IMG/VR virus record: IMGVR_UViG_3300025881_000006
Location: 143,324 to 194,866 of that record
DNA length: 51,543 nt
Reading direction: 5' to 3' (one strand)
Source: a virus
Shown here: piece after piece, positions 39,427-48,400 of the stretch
Position numbering within the stretch: position 1 is the stretch's first letter
Layout of the letters: every line of letters begins with the position of its first letter
Program-made: the position numbers and the translations under genes
Notes under the pieces: generated by a model
What the model was told of the DNA's origin: nothing
Database searches by the model: none
The model's input: only the letters and a program-made list of their open reading frames with translations

Positions 39427-39772
39427 ACGCCCTGAGATACTTAAACCTCAAGGGGTAACCGTTACTGCTGAGACTGCTGCATACTACGCTGAAGCTTGTG
39501 AGGCGTTTAGGTCGGTAGGGCAAGAAGATAGTTACGACTTAGATGAAGTGCAGTTACAGTATCCCGGACTGACTCGTTCTAATTCCTGTGAGTGGTCTAT
39601 TTATGGTTTAACGGTACAAGGACAGTTAACGTTTGAAAGTCAGTTAAACGTACTGGCCAATTACGCGGATAACCTACGGGCTAGGATAGTATATCTAGAA
39701 TCTATCATAGCAGACATTCAAGCAGCTGCTACTAAACAACAAGAAGCGGTAGAAGACATCGGTAAGGATTAA
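39248..39772 (+). CDS. Putative o-spanin (Rz1-like lipoprotein)
   Basis: ATG 39248 with SD aaggg; hydrophobic signal and lipobox-like MSSC; Pro-rich linker; 179-nt overlap with the i-spanin. Confidence 0.6.
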   Translation: MYYVRQKPLGCYRNLTSVVTTLLLVLTMSSCALLEGQQVQQVKVRIIPTIPKVAIPAPIERPEILKPQGVTVTAETAAYYAEACEAFRSVGQEDSYDLDEVQLQYPGLTRSNSCEWSIYGLTVQGQLTFESQLNVLANYADNLRARIVYLESIIADIQAAATKQQEAVEDIGKD

Positions 39773-39774
39773 CC

Positions 39775-40092
39775 ATGGGGTTTAAAACGATAGTACTCAA
39801 ACCAATGTTAATAGAGTATCACTGCGATAAGTGTAACACGTTAATGACACTGGATGAATATAGTACCAATGCCCACATTAAACTATCACGTGGGTTAGGT
39901 GTACGGCATAAGTGTAATGACAGTGCTTGTAATACAGTTATGTACTTCAGTGCTATCATGCCTGCTACCGTTCAGGTTAAACCTAACCAAAGGTTTACTA
40001 AGGACATGTTGAAAATGTTTATTGCAACAGAACCTACTCCAGATGAACTGCTAACTGTGGAGTTGATAGATAAACCGTCCCCTAGAGAGTAA
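39775..40092 (+). CDS. Small putative Zn-binding protein
   Basis: YHCDKC ... HKCNDSAC. Confidence 0.55.
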   Translation: MGFKTIVLKPMLIEYHCDKCNTLMTLDEYSTNAHIKLSRGLGVRHKCNDSACNTVMYFSAIMPATVQVKPNQRFTKDMLKMFIATEPTPDELLTVELIDKPSPRE

Positions 40093-40096
40093 TCGT

Positions 40097-40459
40097 ATGG
40101 AAGTATATACATACCAGATAGGTAAGGTGCCCGATATGGGCAATAGTAGCATTGTACAGTACGATGTGACTGTCATGTCAGGAGATAAGACATTCGCTCC
40201 TACGTGGCATTTATTATCAGCTTATAAAGCCGGTACTATAACAGCTGAACAGTACACTACTACTTTTATAAATATCATGCGTGAACGATATCTAGATGCA
40301 CCCCATGAGTTTGCTACTTTAGCAGAACATGAATGCATTGCTTTTGGCTGCTACTGTAAACCAAAAGACTTTTGTCATCGCCATCTCTTGGTTGATATAT
40401 TCTCCGATTATTGCCACAACAAAGGCATCGATTTTCATTATAGCGGGGAGTTAACCTAA
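40097..40459 (+). CDS. DUF488/YeaO-like protein
   Basis: FAPTWHLL ... GCYCKPKDFCHRHLL motif. Confidence 0.6.
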   Translation: MEVYTYQIGKVPDMGNSSIVQYDVTVMSGDKTFAPTWHLLSAYKAGTITAEQYTTTFINIMRERYLDAPHEFATLAEHECIAFGCYCKPKDFCHRHLLVDIFSDYCHNKGIDFHYSGELT

Positions 40460-40758
40460 TGGGTAAGCCTGAAATAAAAGATAGTGTCGAGGGACACGAG
40501 TTCGTTGAGAAGAGAAGTACTGACCACGTCATTCATGAATTGGTATACATATTAATGAAGTTACGCCTAGCGCAGTTGACCGTAATGTTCTTTATGTGTT
40601 ACCTACTGTATGATTTTCATATATTCTATAAAGCCAACTTCCACGACTTAGTAGAATGGCAAATGATATCAGTGGTGGCGTACATAGGCGGTTTTCTAAC
40701 CGCAGTGAAATTCATGTTCGAACAATTCACTACACCTGTAAAACGTGAACACTTATAA
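40459..40758 (+). CDS. Small 2-TM membrane protein (holin candidate)
   Basis: Two TM segments; near the spanin genes. Confidence 0.45.
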   Translation: MGKPEIKDSVEGHEFVEKRSTDHVIHELVYILMKLRLAQLTVMFFMCYLLYDFHIFYKANFHDLVEWQMISVVAYIGGFLTAVKFMFEQFTTPVKREHL

Positions 40759-40790
40759 CTAAATTTACAATAACACAAAAAGGAAACACA

Positions 40791-40991
40791 ATGGACCAAG
40801 CTACAGGTTTAGAAGCAATGCAACAACAGTTTATGAATAGACTACATGTCAATCCTAAATTATTAGCCAATTCAGTTACCTATGCAATGACAGGACACAC
40901 GATACCACCCGTGCCTCGTCGTAACGCAGGTGACATCATGCAGCAGATCAATGCCGACCTTGCAGAACACGGTATCTCAGTTAAACAGTAA
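40791..40991 (+). CDS. Hypothetical protein
   Basis: 66 aa, SD aagga, followed by hairpin/TATGCCGT. Confidence 0.6.
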   Translation: MDQATGLEAMQQQFMNRLHVNPKLLANSVTYAMTGHTIPPVPRRNAGDIMQQINADLAEHGISVKQ

Positions 40992-41057
40992 CGTGGGGAA
41001 AGTAAAGGGAGAGTAGGGGTAGCGCCCTACTCTCTTATGCCGTAACGTATTAAAACA

Positions 41058-41070
41058 CAGACCTACATCA
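41058..41070 (+). promoter_or_regulatory. Candidate early-promoter motif copy 4 (cagacctacatca)
   Basis: Identical to 19013-19025. Confidence 0.6.
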
Positions 41071-41148
41071 TTTCTATGTTAAAGAATAGACGCTTTAACC
41101 GCTGATAAAACAGTGTCTTATTAAACTACTTAAAATTAGGATATAGTA

Positions 41149-41739
41149 ATGAATAAACAATTTATTGTGAAGATAAAAGATTGTGGTAACTTTTGGTTTG
41201 ATACCTGTGATACTATAGGTATATGGGCTGAACCTGAAGTTGAGGAGGGGAAAGGCAGCAGTCTTTGTATCTCTTTGGATGATGGTAAAGAATATAAATG
41301 CTATGCTGATGACTTTGGAATGATTATCATTGAAACATTCACTGGTCAAACTGTTGAGGTAATAAAAGCAAAGGCTTACATTGACAAGCTTATTACTGCT
41401 GGTAAGTATGATGAGAACGACTCCAGAATGTCGATATTAGCCATGCAAGAACGTCAGCGTAACCGTCCAGTAGGAACCGTGTCACCACCCCTTGGTTGGA
41501 GTACCATAAAGAATCGTAATCTACCTACCACCTATGATGAGGCGATGAATAGCATTCAACTATATATGGGGGTTGGTTTGAATCTTCCTGATGAAACTCT
41601 ACACCTGACTAACGATAACGGTTGGACTATTGCACACGAGATGGCAAGTAGAGGATTTGTCTTTCCAAAAGACAGTAAACTACTTACACTGGCAGATAGC
41701 AACGGTGTCACGGTTGAATCGGTTATCATCACCCGGTAA
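41149..41739 (+). CDS. Hypothetical protein with ankyrin-like C-terminus
   Basis: NDNGWTIAHEMASRG ... ADSNGVTV. Confidence 0.55.
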   Translation: MNKQFIVKIKDCGNFWFDTCDTIGIWAEPEVEEGKGSSLCISLDDGKEYKCYADDFGMIIIETFTGQTVEVIKAKAYIDKLITAGKYDENDSRMSILAMQERQRNRPVGTVSPPLGWSTIKNRNLPTTYDEAMNSIQLYMGVGLNLPDETLHLTNDNGWTIAHEMASRGFVFPKDSKLLTLADSNGVTVESVIITR

Positions 41740-41862
41740 ACAATACTGGTAGGGTACTATCGTATCCTACCTTCTATCTTTAATACTATCCCTTACTAAA
41801 GAGAGATTAAGAAATGAAAACAACTATAATAAAAGAGAATGTTTTTAACGTGGAGGTAGAGT

Positions 41863-42282
41863 ATGTTTGATATACTATTACTTCCTGCATCGTTTGTATT
41901 TATCCCTATAGTACTTGCTGCTGTATTTGGTACCATGGTAGGTGCTGAAGAATCAGTAGTACTTACCGTTCCTAAGTGGCGTAGAATGAAAGAGGCTGTA
42001 TCGCAGGGGTATAGGTTACCCGCACGAGCAGTGATTGAACAGTTCTGTTATAACGCAGTTATATGGGCGGTGATAGTAGTAGCAGTTGTCAATACAGAGG
42101 CATTTAACCTGTTTACATTTACCTTTTCTATAATGAGTATTATCAGTAGTTGGTTTAAGTATAAACATCGTCATAAATTCTCATTTCTACCTAACTGGAC
42201 AGTCTACCACAGTATTCGCTATTGTACCTTAATAATGGGTATCTTAATTGGAATTGTTGTCACTACACAAGGCATGTCGTAA
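41863..42282 (+). CDS. Membrane protein
   Basis: 3-4 hydrophobic segments, SD ggagg. Confidence 0.6.
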   Translation: MFDILLLPASFVFIPIVLAAVFGTMVGAEESVVLTVPKWRRMKEAVSQGYRLPARAVIEQFCYNAVIWAVIVVAVVNTEAFNLFTFTFSIMSIISSWFKYKHRHKFSFLPNWTVYHSIRYCTLIMGILIGIVVTTQGMS

Positions 42283-42617
42283 TGAACGTTATTATACCTG
42301 AAACTCTTATTAAGAAACATTTAATTCCTGCTTTAAAAGAAATGGATGTATTTAATAGGCAAGGAAATACAAACCCAGTCGAACTATTAAAGCTAGAAGC
42401 TGGAGGTAGGTACACCGAGGTAGTTAAGAAAGTAAGCCTATGTTTAAACTCTGAACATTATAAATCTAAAGGTAGTACATTAAACATCAGTAAAGAAGAT
42501 GTCTACTATGCTCAGATAGAGGAAGGGTTAGAACCATACATCGGTACACTAACATCTATAACGGTATCACACCGTCGTACGGTATTCTTTGTTGACTGTT
42601 GGGTAAAGCTAACTTAG
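42282..42617 (+). CDS. Hypothetical protein
   Basis: TAATG-coupled ATG at 42282. Confidence 0.5.
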   Translation: MNVIIPETLIKKHLIPALKEMDVFNRQGNTNPVELLKLEAGGRYTEVVKKVSLCLNSEHYKSKGSTLNISKEDVYYAQIEEGLEPYIGTLTSITVSHRRTVFFVDCWVKLT

Positions 42618-42623
42618 TAAAGG

Positions 42624-42667
42624 CGGCATAAAAGAAAGGGCTTCCACCCTTTCTTTTTTTTATGCGT
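42624..42667. terminator. Bidirectional hairpin, near copy of 24654-24697
   Basis: cggcataaaagaaaggg-cttcca-ccctttcttttttttatgcgt. Confidence 0.75.
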
Positions 42668-42668
42668 T

Positions 42669-43517
42669 TTATGACTCTACGGGCTCTTTGTCTACTTTAT
42701 CCAGATGTATATAGCGATACAGATTAGACTGACCACTACAATACTCCCCTCGATATATCCCTTCCAAATAATGCATGTTCATTAAATGCCCAGTAGCATC
42801 TCTAGTAAACATAGGTCCGGCATTATACTTCTCATAATGCTTAGCCCCTACCCTAAATACATAATCCTTCATATTACCAAAATGTTCTACTACTACACCA
42901 TCAGGAAATTCATCCTGAGCACCTGCAATAGTAAAGAACTCCACCTTAGATAAATCCAAGTTAGCTTTAAGTAATACTTTAGCAACATTAGACAATATGA
43001 TACCACCTTGAGAGTGGGCAATTATCTTAATGGTCTTACCATCCATAATAGGCATTGTAAGATACGCAGCCATCACTTTAGCAATAGATTGAATCTTATC
43101 AGAGCTTCTACCTATCATGGCCTCACAGAGGTCCCTGTAGACTCCTTCAGTGGGATTATAGATACCGGTGATAGGACGATTCAATAATTTACTTAAACCC
43201 TTTAGATTGATGTTAAGGACACGCTCATCTGTCTTGATACCATTAATGAAGAACCATAGTTCGTCTTGCTCCCCCATCACTACATCTGAACTACGAAAGA
43301 TATCTCCTTCCTTTATATAAGTAGGATCTTTTGGTTTCATTAAAGACGTGAGTATACCGGTTACTCTAACAGGGTCAGGTGGTCTATTGAGACGACGCTC
43401 CTCCATACCAAATCTACCACTATCCTCAGGATTAACGGTGTAGATATATTTAATAAGTCTTACGTACTTGAATAGTACAAATACTTCCTTGGATAGCCTA
43501 ATGATAAATTTAAACAT
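42669..43517 (-). CDS. Alpha/beta-hydrolase (lipase/esterase-like)
   Basis: FFINGI, nucleophile elbow IIAHSQGG, N..DYV, GHLMNMHY. Confidence 0.75.
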   Translation of the reverse strand: MFKFIIRLSKEVFVLFKYVRLIKYIYTVNPEDSGRFGMEERRLNRPPDPVRVTGILTSLMKPKDPTYIKEGDIFRSSDVVMGEQDELWFFINGIKTDERVLNINLKGLSKLLNRPITGIYNPTEGVYRDLCEAMIGRSSDKIQSIAKVMAAYLTMPIMDGKTIKIIAHSQGGIILSNVAKVLLKANLDLSKVEFFTIAGAQDEFPDGVVVEHFGNMKDYVFRVGAKHYEKYNAGPMFTRDATGHLMNMHYLEGIYRGEYCSGQSNLYRYIHLDKVDKEPVES

Positions 43518-43608
43518 AATACAGCCTTTAATTACAATTAATGTATTTTATTACATAAGATTAACGGCATAAGAAAGAGGAAGGTTTCCCCTCCTCTTTA
43601 GTAAGGTA

Positions 43609-44334
43609 CTATGCCGGTATATACCGTTCGTTGCTGGTACCAAATGCAAGTAACGTAGAGGTACGTTCTTCTACATCTGTTACTAACATTGTCCCTGGAT
43701 TTTCAGGGTCATCGATTGTCGCTAAGAAAGCTACAATACCAGCTACGCCATCTTTGACTTCCTGTAGTTCTAAATCTACATAGGTAGCATTGAATAAACG
43801 TTCTCTGATAACCGTCAGTGTTTCATCACCTTGTGTTCTAATCGCCACTTCTTCATTCAAAGTCAAACGACGTTGTAACGCAGAGGTAGTAATGATTTTA
43901 ACAACAGGCATGTTAACTGTAGTGTAGTCAAAAGTAAACGTTACTCTTTCCAACTCCGCAATCGTCATGTCAGGCACTGATGCTTCTAATGCATTACCAG
44001 CTGAACGAATGGCTGACTTTTGAGCATACAGTAGTATCAATGAATCATGGTCTTGATTACTGACCGAGCGCTCTTTAGCACGTTGTAATCTCCAACCACC
44101 CACACCTTCCACTTCAACCATCAGTGCAGCAACTTGACTTTTAATTCTAGCAACTGCTTCAGTCTGTAAAGACTCATCGACGGCTAGTTCCCACACACTA
44201 CCGTTAAAACGTGGCTTGTGAGTATCGGTAGCATCCATAGGGGCGACTTTAGTATAAAGACCCCTTGCCATCCCCGGTTTAGAAACTATTGTACCGGTTA
44301 AGAAACCTAGTTGATTATAGGTATATAACTTCAT
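43609..44334 (-). CDS. Tail-fibre assembly/chaperone protein, long form
   Basis: PRFNGSVW (tfa-like); C-terminal half homologous to the three short chaperones (ITTSALQRRLT..ERLFNATYVDLEL). Confidence 0.65.
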   Translation of the reverse strand: MKLYTYNQLGFLTGTIVSKPGMARGLYTKVAPMDATDTHKPRFNGSVWELAVDESLQTEAVARIKSQVAALMVEVEGVGGWRLQRAKERSVSNQDHDSLILLYAQKSAIRSAGNALEASVPDMTIAELERVTFTFDYTTVNMPVVKIITTSALQRRLTLNEEVAIRTQGDETLTVIRERLFNATYVDLELQEVKDGVAGIVAFLATIDDPENPGTMLVTDVEERTSTLLAFGTSNERYIPA

Positions 44335-45614
44335 GGTTGTTCATCTCCTACAATGTACAGGAATTTATTAAACGTCATGTCCAATTCAGTTTGATTACTA
44401 CCTTCAAACCAAATTTCAGGAGCAATGAAGCTGTAAGGGACTGTTGCACCTACAGAGTATGTCTCATCAGTAGTGAGAATATGTAACTGTCCAGTTAACT
44501 CGCTAACGAAACCTTCACCACCTACGGCCTGAAATAGTACATCTGTACCGTAAACGTCTACAGGAGATTCACCAGGTCTAATTAACTGAGACCTTGTCGC
44601 ATTATTAAATAGCATGTCTCCAGTATCTGAAACAATAATCCTACTATTACGATCATTGTTACTTACCAAGCCCGAACAGTTACCTATAACTTCACCGTTA
44701 CTATTGGACGTCCATTTAGTAATAAGTCCATTAGTAGGATTAGCTATTAATAGGCCACTTCCATCTGGTAAATTAGTAAACCATGATTGAGCGTGGGTAC
44801 CAGAACTAATGGTATTAAAATAAGCGCTATTACTAATAGCACCACTAGAGATACTACGACTATAGAGACCGAAGCTAGCAGATACTTGGGTAAATATAGT
44901 AAGGGTATCTCCCACAAAGTGATTAGAACCTTCGTACGGTATCATTGAAACGTCTATACCGGCGGCGTTGGTACCTCCAAATGTAACCCCCCCATCGGTA
45001 CTTCTACACGCTACTACTGTCGTATTTGATCTAGGGTAATCATCGCCAAATAAAACTACATTCAAACCGTCGCGGGCTACTATTAGATCTCTATAGTTAT
45101 GGCTGACACCACCTGTTTGTACGGTAACGTTAGTCCACGTTAACCCGAAATCATCGGAACGTGATACAGATACTACGGAAGTAGCCGACTCGGCAGTTTC
45201 AACAACTAACATTCTATCAGTCAACGCTGCCTTTACTGGTATCGTGTGAGACGTACCTATAGGAACGTTAAAGTCACGTTCGCCTGACCACGTTACACCA
45301 TGGTCTACAGATTCGGCAATCTTAGTACGGTTCCAAGCGTATAGTTTAGTTTTATCCGCACTATATTCCACCTTCTCAGGAGTGAACGTCAGTGCTCCAC
45401 CCGCACGTGAACCTATCAACGGTATACCTAACTTAGTATACTCACTCTTAATACGTGCCATCAGTAAGGGATAGTCGCTAGCTAAGTACTCACTACCATC
45501 ACACGGTAATAACGTAGCCGCTGCCTCAGTCACCGTAGTAACAGCTGCTACTATAGCCCCTATCTGAAACCCACCTCCACCGCCATTCGGTAGAAAATCG
45601 TTTAAATCTGCCAT
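44331..45614 (-). CDS. Tail fibre/receptor-binding protein with collar-like domain and Asp-box repeats
   Basis: LPCDGSEYLASDYPLL; SVDHGVTW, SDDFGLTW, STDGGVTF. Confidence 0.7.
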   Translation of the reverse strand: MADLNDFLPNGGGGGFQIGAIVAAVTTVTEAAATLLPCDGSEYLASDYPLLMARIKSEYTKLGIPLIGSRAGGALTFTPEKVEYSADKTKLYAWNRTKIAESVDHGVTWSGERDFNVPIGTSHTIPVKAALTDRMLVVETAESATSVVSVSRSDDFGLTWTNVTVQTGGVSHNYRDLIVARDGLNVVLFGDDYPRSNTTVVACRSTDGGVTFGGTNAAGIDVSMIPYEGSNHFVGDTLTIFTQVSASFGLYSRSISSGAISNSAYFNTISSGTHAQSWFTNLPDGSGLLIANPTNGLITKWTSNSNGEVIGNCSGLVSNNDRNSRIIVSDTGDMLFNNATRSQLIRPGESPVDVYGTDVLFQAVGGEGFVSELTGQLHILTTDETYSVGATVPYSFIAPEIWFEGSNQTELDMTFNKFLYIVGDEQP

Positions 45615-45697
45615 GGAAAAAATACTCCAAATTAATAAATGTTAACAAAACTTGTATAAAGGGAGGGACTTACGTCCCTCCCTAGTTTATACCGTTA

Positions 45698-46051
45698 CTA
45701 CGCTTCTGTAGTTACACCGTTAGTGAGTAACTGTGCGATGCGATTATCTACATCAGTCACTACCATAACCTCTGCATCTTCTTCAGAAGGGATAGTGGCA
45801 AGGAAGTTAACAATAGCATTGATACCGTCTGATACTTCAGCTAAGTCTAAGTCAACATATTCAGCATTTAACATACGTTCACGGGCTAACTTTAACTTAG
45901 TGGGCCCATGGTCTATTAATGCCGTTTCCTCTTCGATAGTAAAACGTCGTTGCATTGCGCTGGGCGTAATGTGACGGATTACCTGTGTAGTACCAGATTC
46001 GACTCCAACTGGGAGGATGGCACCTATTGTACCTTGTCTAACTTTTAACAT
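45698..46051 (-). CDS. Fibre chaperone-like paralog
   Basis: RHITPSAMQRRFT ... KLARERMLNA.YVDLDL. Confidence 0.65.
   Translation of the reverse strand: MLKVRQGTIGAILPVGVESGTTQVIRHITPSAMQRRFTIEEETALIDHGPTKLKLARERMLNAEYVDLDLAEVSDGINAIVNFLATIPSEEDAEVMVVTDVDNRIAQLLTNGVTTEA
45945..45976. repeat. 32-bp exact dispersed repeat, copy 1 of 3
   Basis: cgtcgttgcattgcgctgggcgtaatgtgacg. Confidence 0.95.
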
Positions 46052-47902
46052 TTACACAATCTCCAAATCGTAAGTGAATTGACCGCCGTTACCACTGTGG
46101 AATGAAACAGCACCGATTAACATGGGTCCAAAGCTACGCATGAAACCTTGAGCTGAGACAGGATCGCCAGGAACACTACGGCCGTTGAGTGTACCTAATA
46201 GTACTACACCATCGCCGACCATAGCCATCACGCCTTCACAATCCGTTACGTTATTACCGAAGTAATTAGTAAACGTAGTAGAAGTACAACTTAAGGCAGC
46301 ACTAACTTCCAACTGTGCGTTAATAGGAGACTGTATCTCTACTACTACACCGTTGTTGTTAACATTACCAATAGTGTACTTACTCGTCACCGGATCGAAT
46401 ACGCTGGTGATACTATAGCCTACCGTGTTTAACCCATCAAAGTAAGGAGTTCTAATACCACTTTTCTGAATCCACACGTCACCAACACTAATCCACTCTG
46501 AACCAACAGGAGCAGGTTCTGAACTTACTACGACGTCGTCAATGCCAGTACCGCTTTTAAGAGACACTTCAGCAATACCGTTTTCAACCGACTGTACAAT
46601 ACCTACATATACAGGAGGATTGTTAAGCGTAGCAATCAAACTAGTAATAGAACAACCATTCACCTTAGCCTGACCATGGATGGTACCCACTACACGCTGT
46701 TTAGCAATACTAAAAGTTTTACCCTGTACACCAACAACATTTGCTACGGTACCCGATACCACTAATGAACCAGCAGGTCCAGTGATTTCAATGGCAGCCT
46801 GTACTTTATTGTTATTAACAATCCAAGTTAACGTATCAGTGGTATTGTCGTAATGAAGATCGCCGTCTTGAACGTACAGGTTAAAGTTATTATCATCATC
46901 GTCATGACCATGTACATCAGAGAAGTCTAATATACCGTTTAACTGATAACTAGCAGTGCTGTTATCTGCATCCCAACTAATCTGCGCGTAATGAAGACCA
47001 CCACGTGAAGCGTTATAAAATACACAACCTTTAGTAGTAGGGTTGATGGTAAACCAACGAACGAAGTTATTACCTTCAGATTTATCACCTAATGCATTGA
47101 CAGTAGCTAACTCATTAGCGTTTGGACTAGTGATACCAAGTATGTAAAACTCGTTTTCTGTATAGTCGTAAAGTGGGATAACACCGCCTGTAAGGGGCTC
47201 GTAATTTAATTCCTTACAAAGGTTATACAAATACGAGGGATTATTACTTACCCCTGCTGTACGACCGCTATCACCAGCGTTACCCAATCCAGACCTTACT
47301 AACGATCTAAAGTCGTCATCGTTAGTGATGGTCCATATACGCTGCGTACCCTCCACTAACGTGTATCCGCGACAGACGTAACTATCACTTTTACCATTAC
47401 TTTGAAGTGCACCGGTGGTGGAACTAAAGTTAATGTATAGTAGGTGATTAGCACCGTTATTCTGGGTGTACTGAAAGACCATAGAAGTCATTTGGTCGTT
47501 AACGGCGATTAACTGATATCCACTTCCTAGTAGATTTTCAATACTACTATTATCGTTAGAACTTCTAACAAGTTCGCCCTCTGGACTATATTCAAAATAA
47601 TACAATCTCTGCGAGTCATTTCTATTAGTACTACCACCATTGATAACAATGAAGTTACCATTAGGTAAGAAGCCAAAAGCACCACCACCATCAAAGAAAT
47701 CATTATCGTCATTATCATGCATGACTAAATGGTTAATAAAGGTTTGTTCGGTAAGAGAGGTTAGTTCACCATTTAACTGGTAAACCCTATCGCCCTGTTT
47801 TAACTGCGAACCGACGGGTAGTTCTAACGGCAATACCGCAGTAGAAATTGCACCACCAGCGCCACCAACGGACCGTGATGAAAATTGATTAAGTTCTGCC
47901 AT
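46052..47902 (-). CDS. Putative tail fibre/adhesin paralog
   Basis: ATG 47902 (MAELNQF) with SD aggag; beta-rich, G/N/S-rich; shares GFLPNGNFIV, GGVIPLYD, PP.YVGIV with its neighbour. Confidence 0.65.
   Translation of the reverse strand: MAELNQFSSRSVGGAGGAISTAVLPLELPVGSQLKQGDRVYQLNGELTSLTEQTFINHLVMHDNDDNDFFDGGGAFGFLPNGNFIVINGGSTNRNDSQRLYYFEYSPEGELVRSSNDNSSIENLLGSGYQLIAVNDQMTSMVFQYTQNNGANHLLYINFSSTTGALQSNGKSDSYVCRGYTLVEGTQRIWTITNDDDFRSLVRSGLGNAGDSGRTAGVSNNPSYLYNLCKELNYEPLTGGVIPLYDYTENEFYILGITSPNANELATVNALGDKSEGNNFVRWFTINPTTKGCVFYNASRGGLHYAQISWDADNSTASYQLNGILDFSDVHGHDDDDNNFNLYVQDGDLHYDNTTDTLTWIVNNNKVQAAIEITGPAGSLVVSGTVANVVGVQGKTFSIAKQRVVGTIHGQAKVNGCSITSLIATLNNPPVYVGIVQSVENGIAEVSLKSGTGIDDVVVSSEPAPVGSEWISVGDVWIQKSGIRTPYFDGLNTVGYSITSVFDPVTSKYTIGNVNNNGVVVEIQSPINAQLEVSAALSCTSTTFTNYFGNNVTDCEGVMAMVGDGVVLLGTLNGRSVPGDPVSAQGFMRSFGPMLIGAVSFHSGNGGQFTYDLEIV
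47646..47675. repeat. 30-bp exact repeat shared by two fibre genes (other copy 50120-50149)
   Basis: acaatgaagttaccattaggtaagaagcca. Confidence 0.9.
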
Positions 47903-48055
47903 TTTAGACAAACTCCTGTATGTGTTTACATTAAAACGATTGGGATAGAGTTACCGCTATCCTGCATGATAGAAATTAAATTACTTAGTCAAACTGGTGG
48001 GACGTTACCATCCCACCAGACTTGATAGAAGTTATCCTCATAAATGAGGAATTAA

Positions 48056-48400
48056 TTAAACTTCTGTAGACTCGCCATTGCGCAGTTTATCTGCCACCCA
48101 AGCTGGTACATCCGTCACTAACTTCTCAGCTGGTACTTCAGGGTTGTCTATTCCAGAAAGGAAGGTACCCAAAGCATTAACACCTTCAACCACTTCATCT
48201 AGGTCTAGGTCCACGTACGATGCATTCAACATACGGTCTCTAGCTAGTTTCAGTTTAGTTGGAGCCTGGTCTACTATAGCAGTCTCTTCATCCAACGTGA
48301 AACGTCGTTGCATTGCGCTGGGCGTAATGTGACGTACGACAACCGTTTCTGGGTCAATAACTTCTGGAGCTGTAATGATTTTAACTTTAATCGGCTTCAT
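48056..48400 (-). CDS. Fibre chaperone-like paralog
   Basis: Homologous to 45698-46051 and 50433-50774. Confidence 0.65.
   Translation of the reverse strand: MKPIKVKIITAPEVIDPETVVVRHITPSAMQRRFTLDEETAIVDQAPTKLKLARDRMLNASYVDLDLDEVVEGVNALGTFLSGIDNPEVPAEKLVTDVPAWVADKLRNGESTEV
48303..48334. repeat. 32-bp exact dispersed repeat, copy 2 of 3
   Basis: Identical to 45945-45976. Confidence 0.95.
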
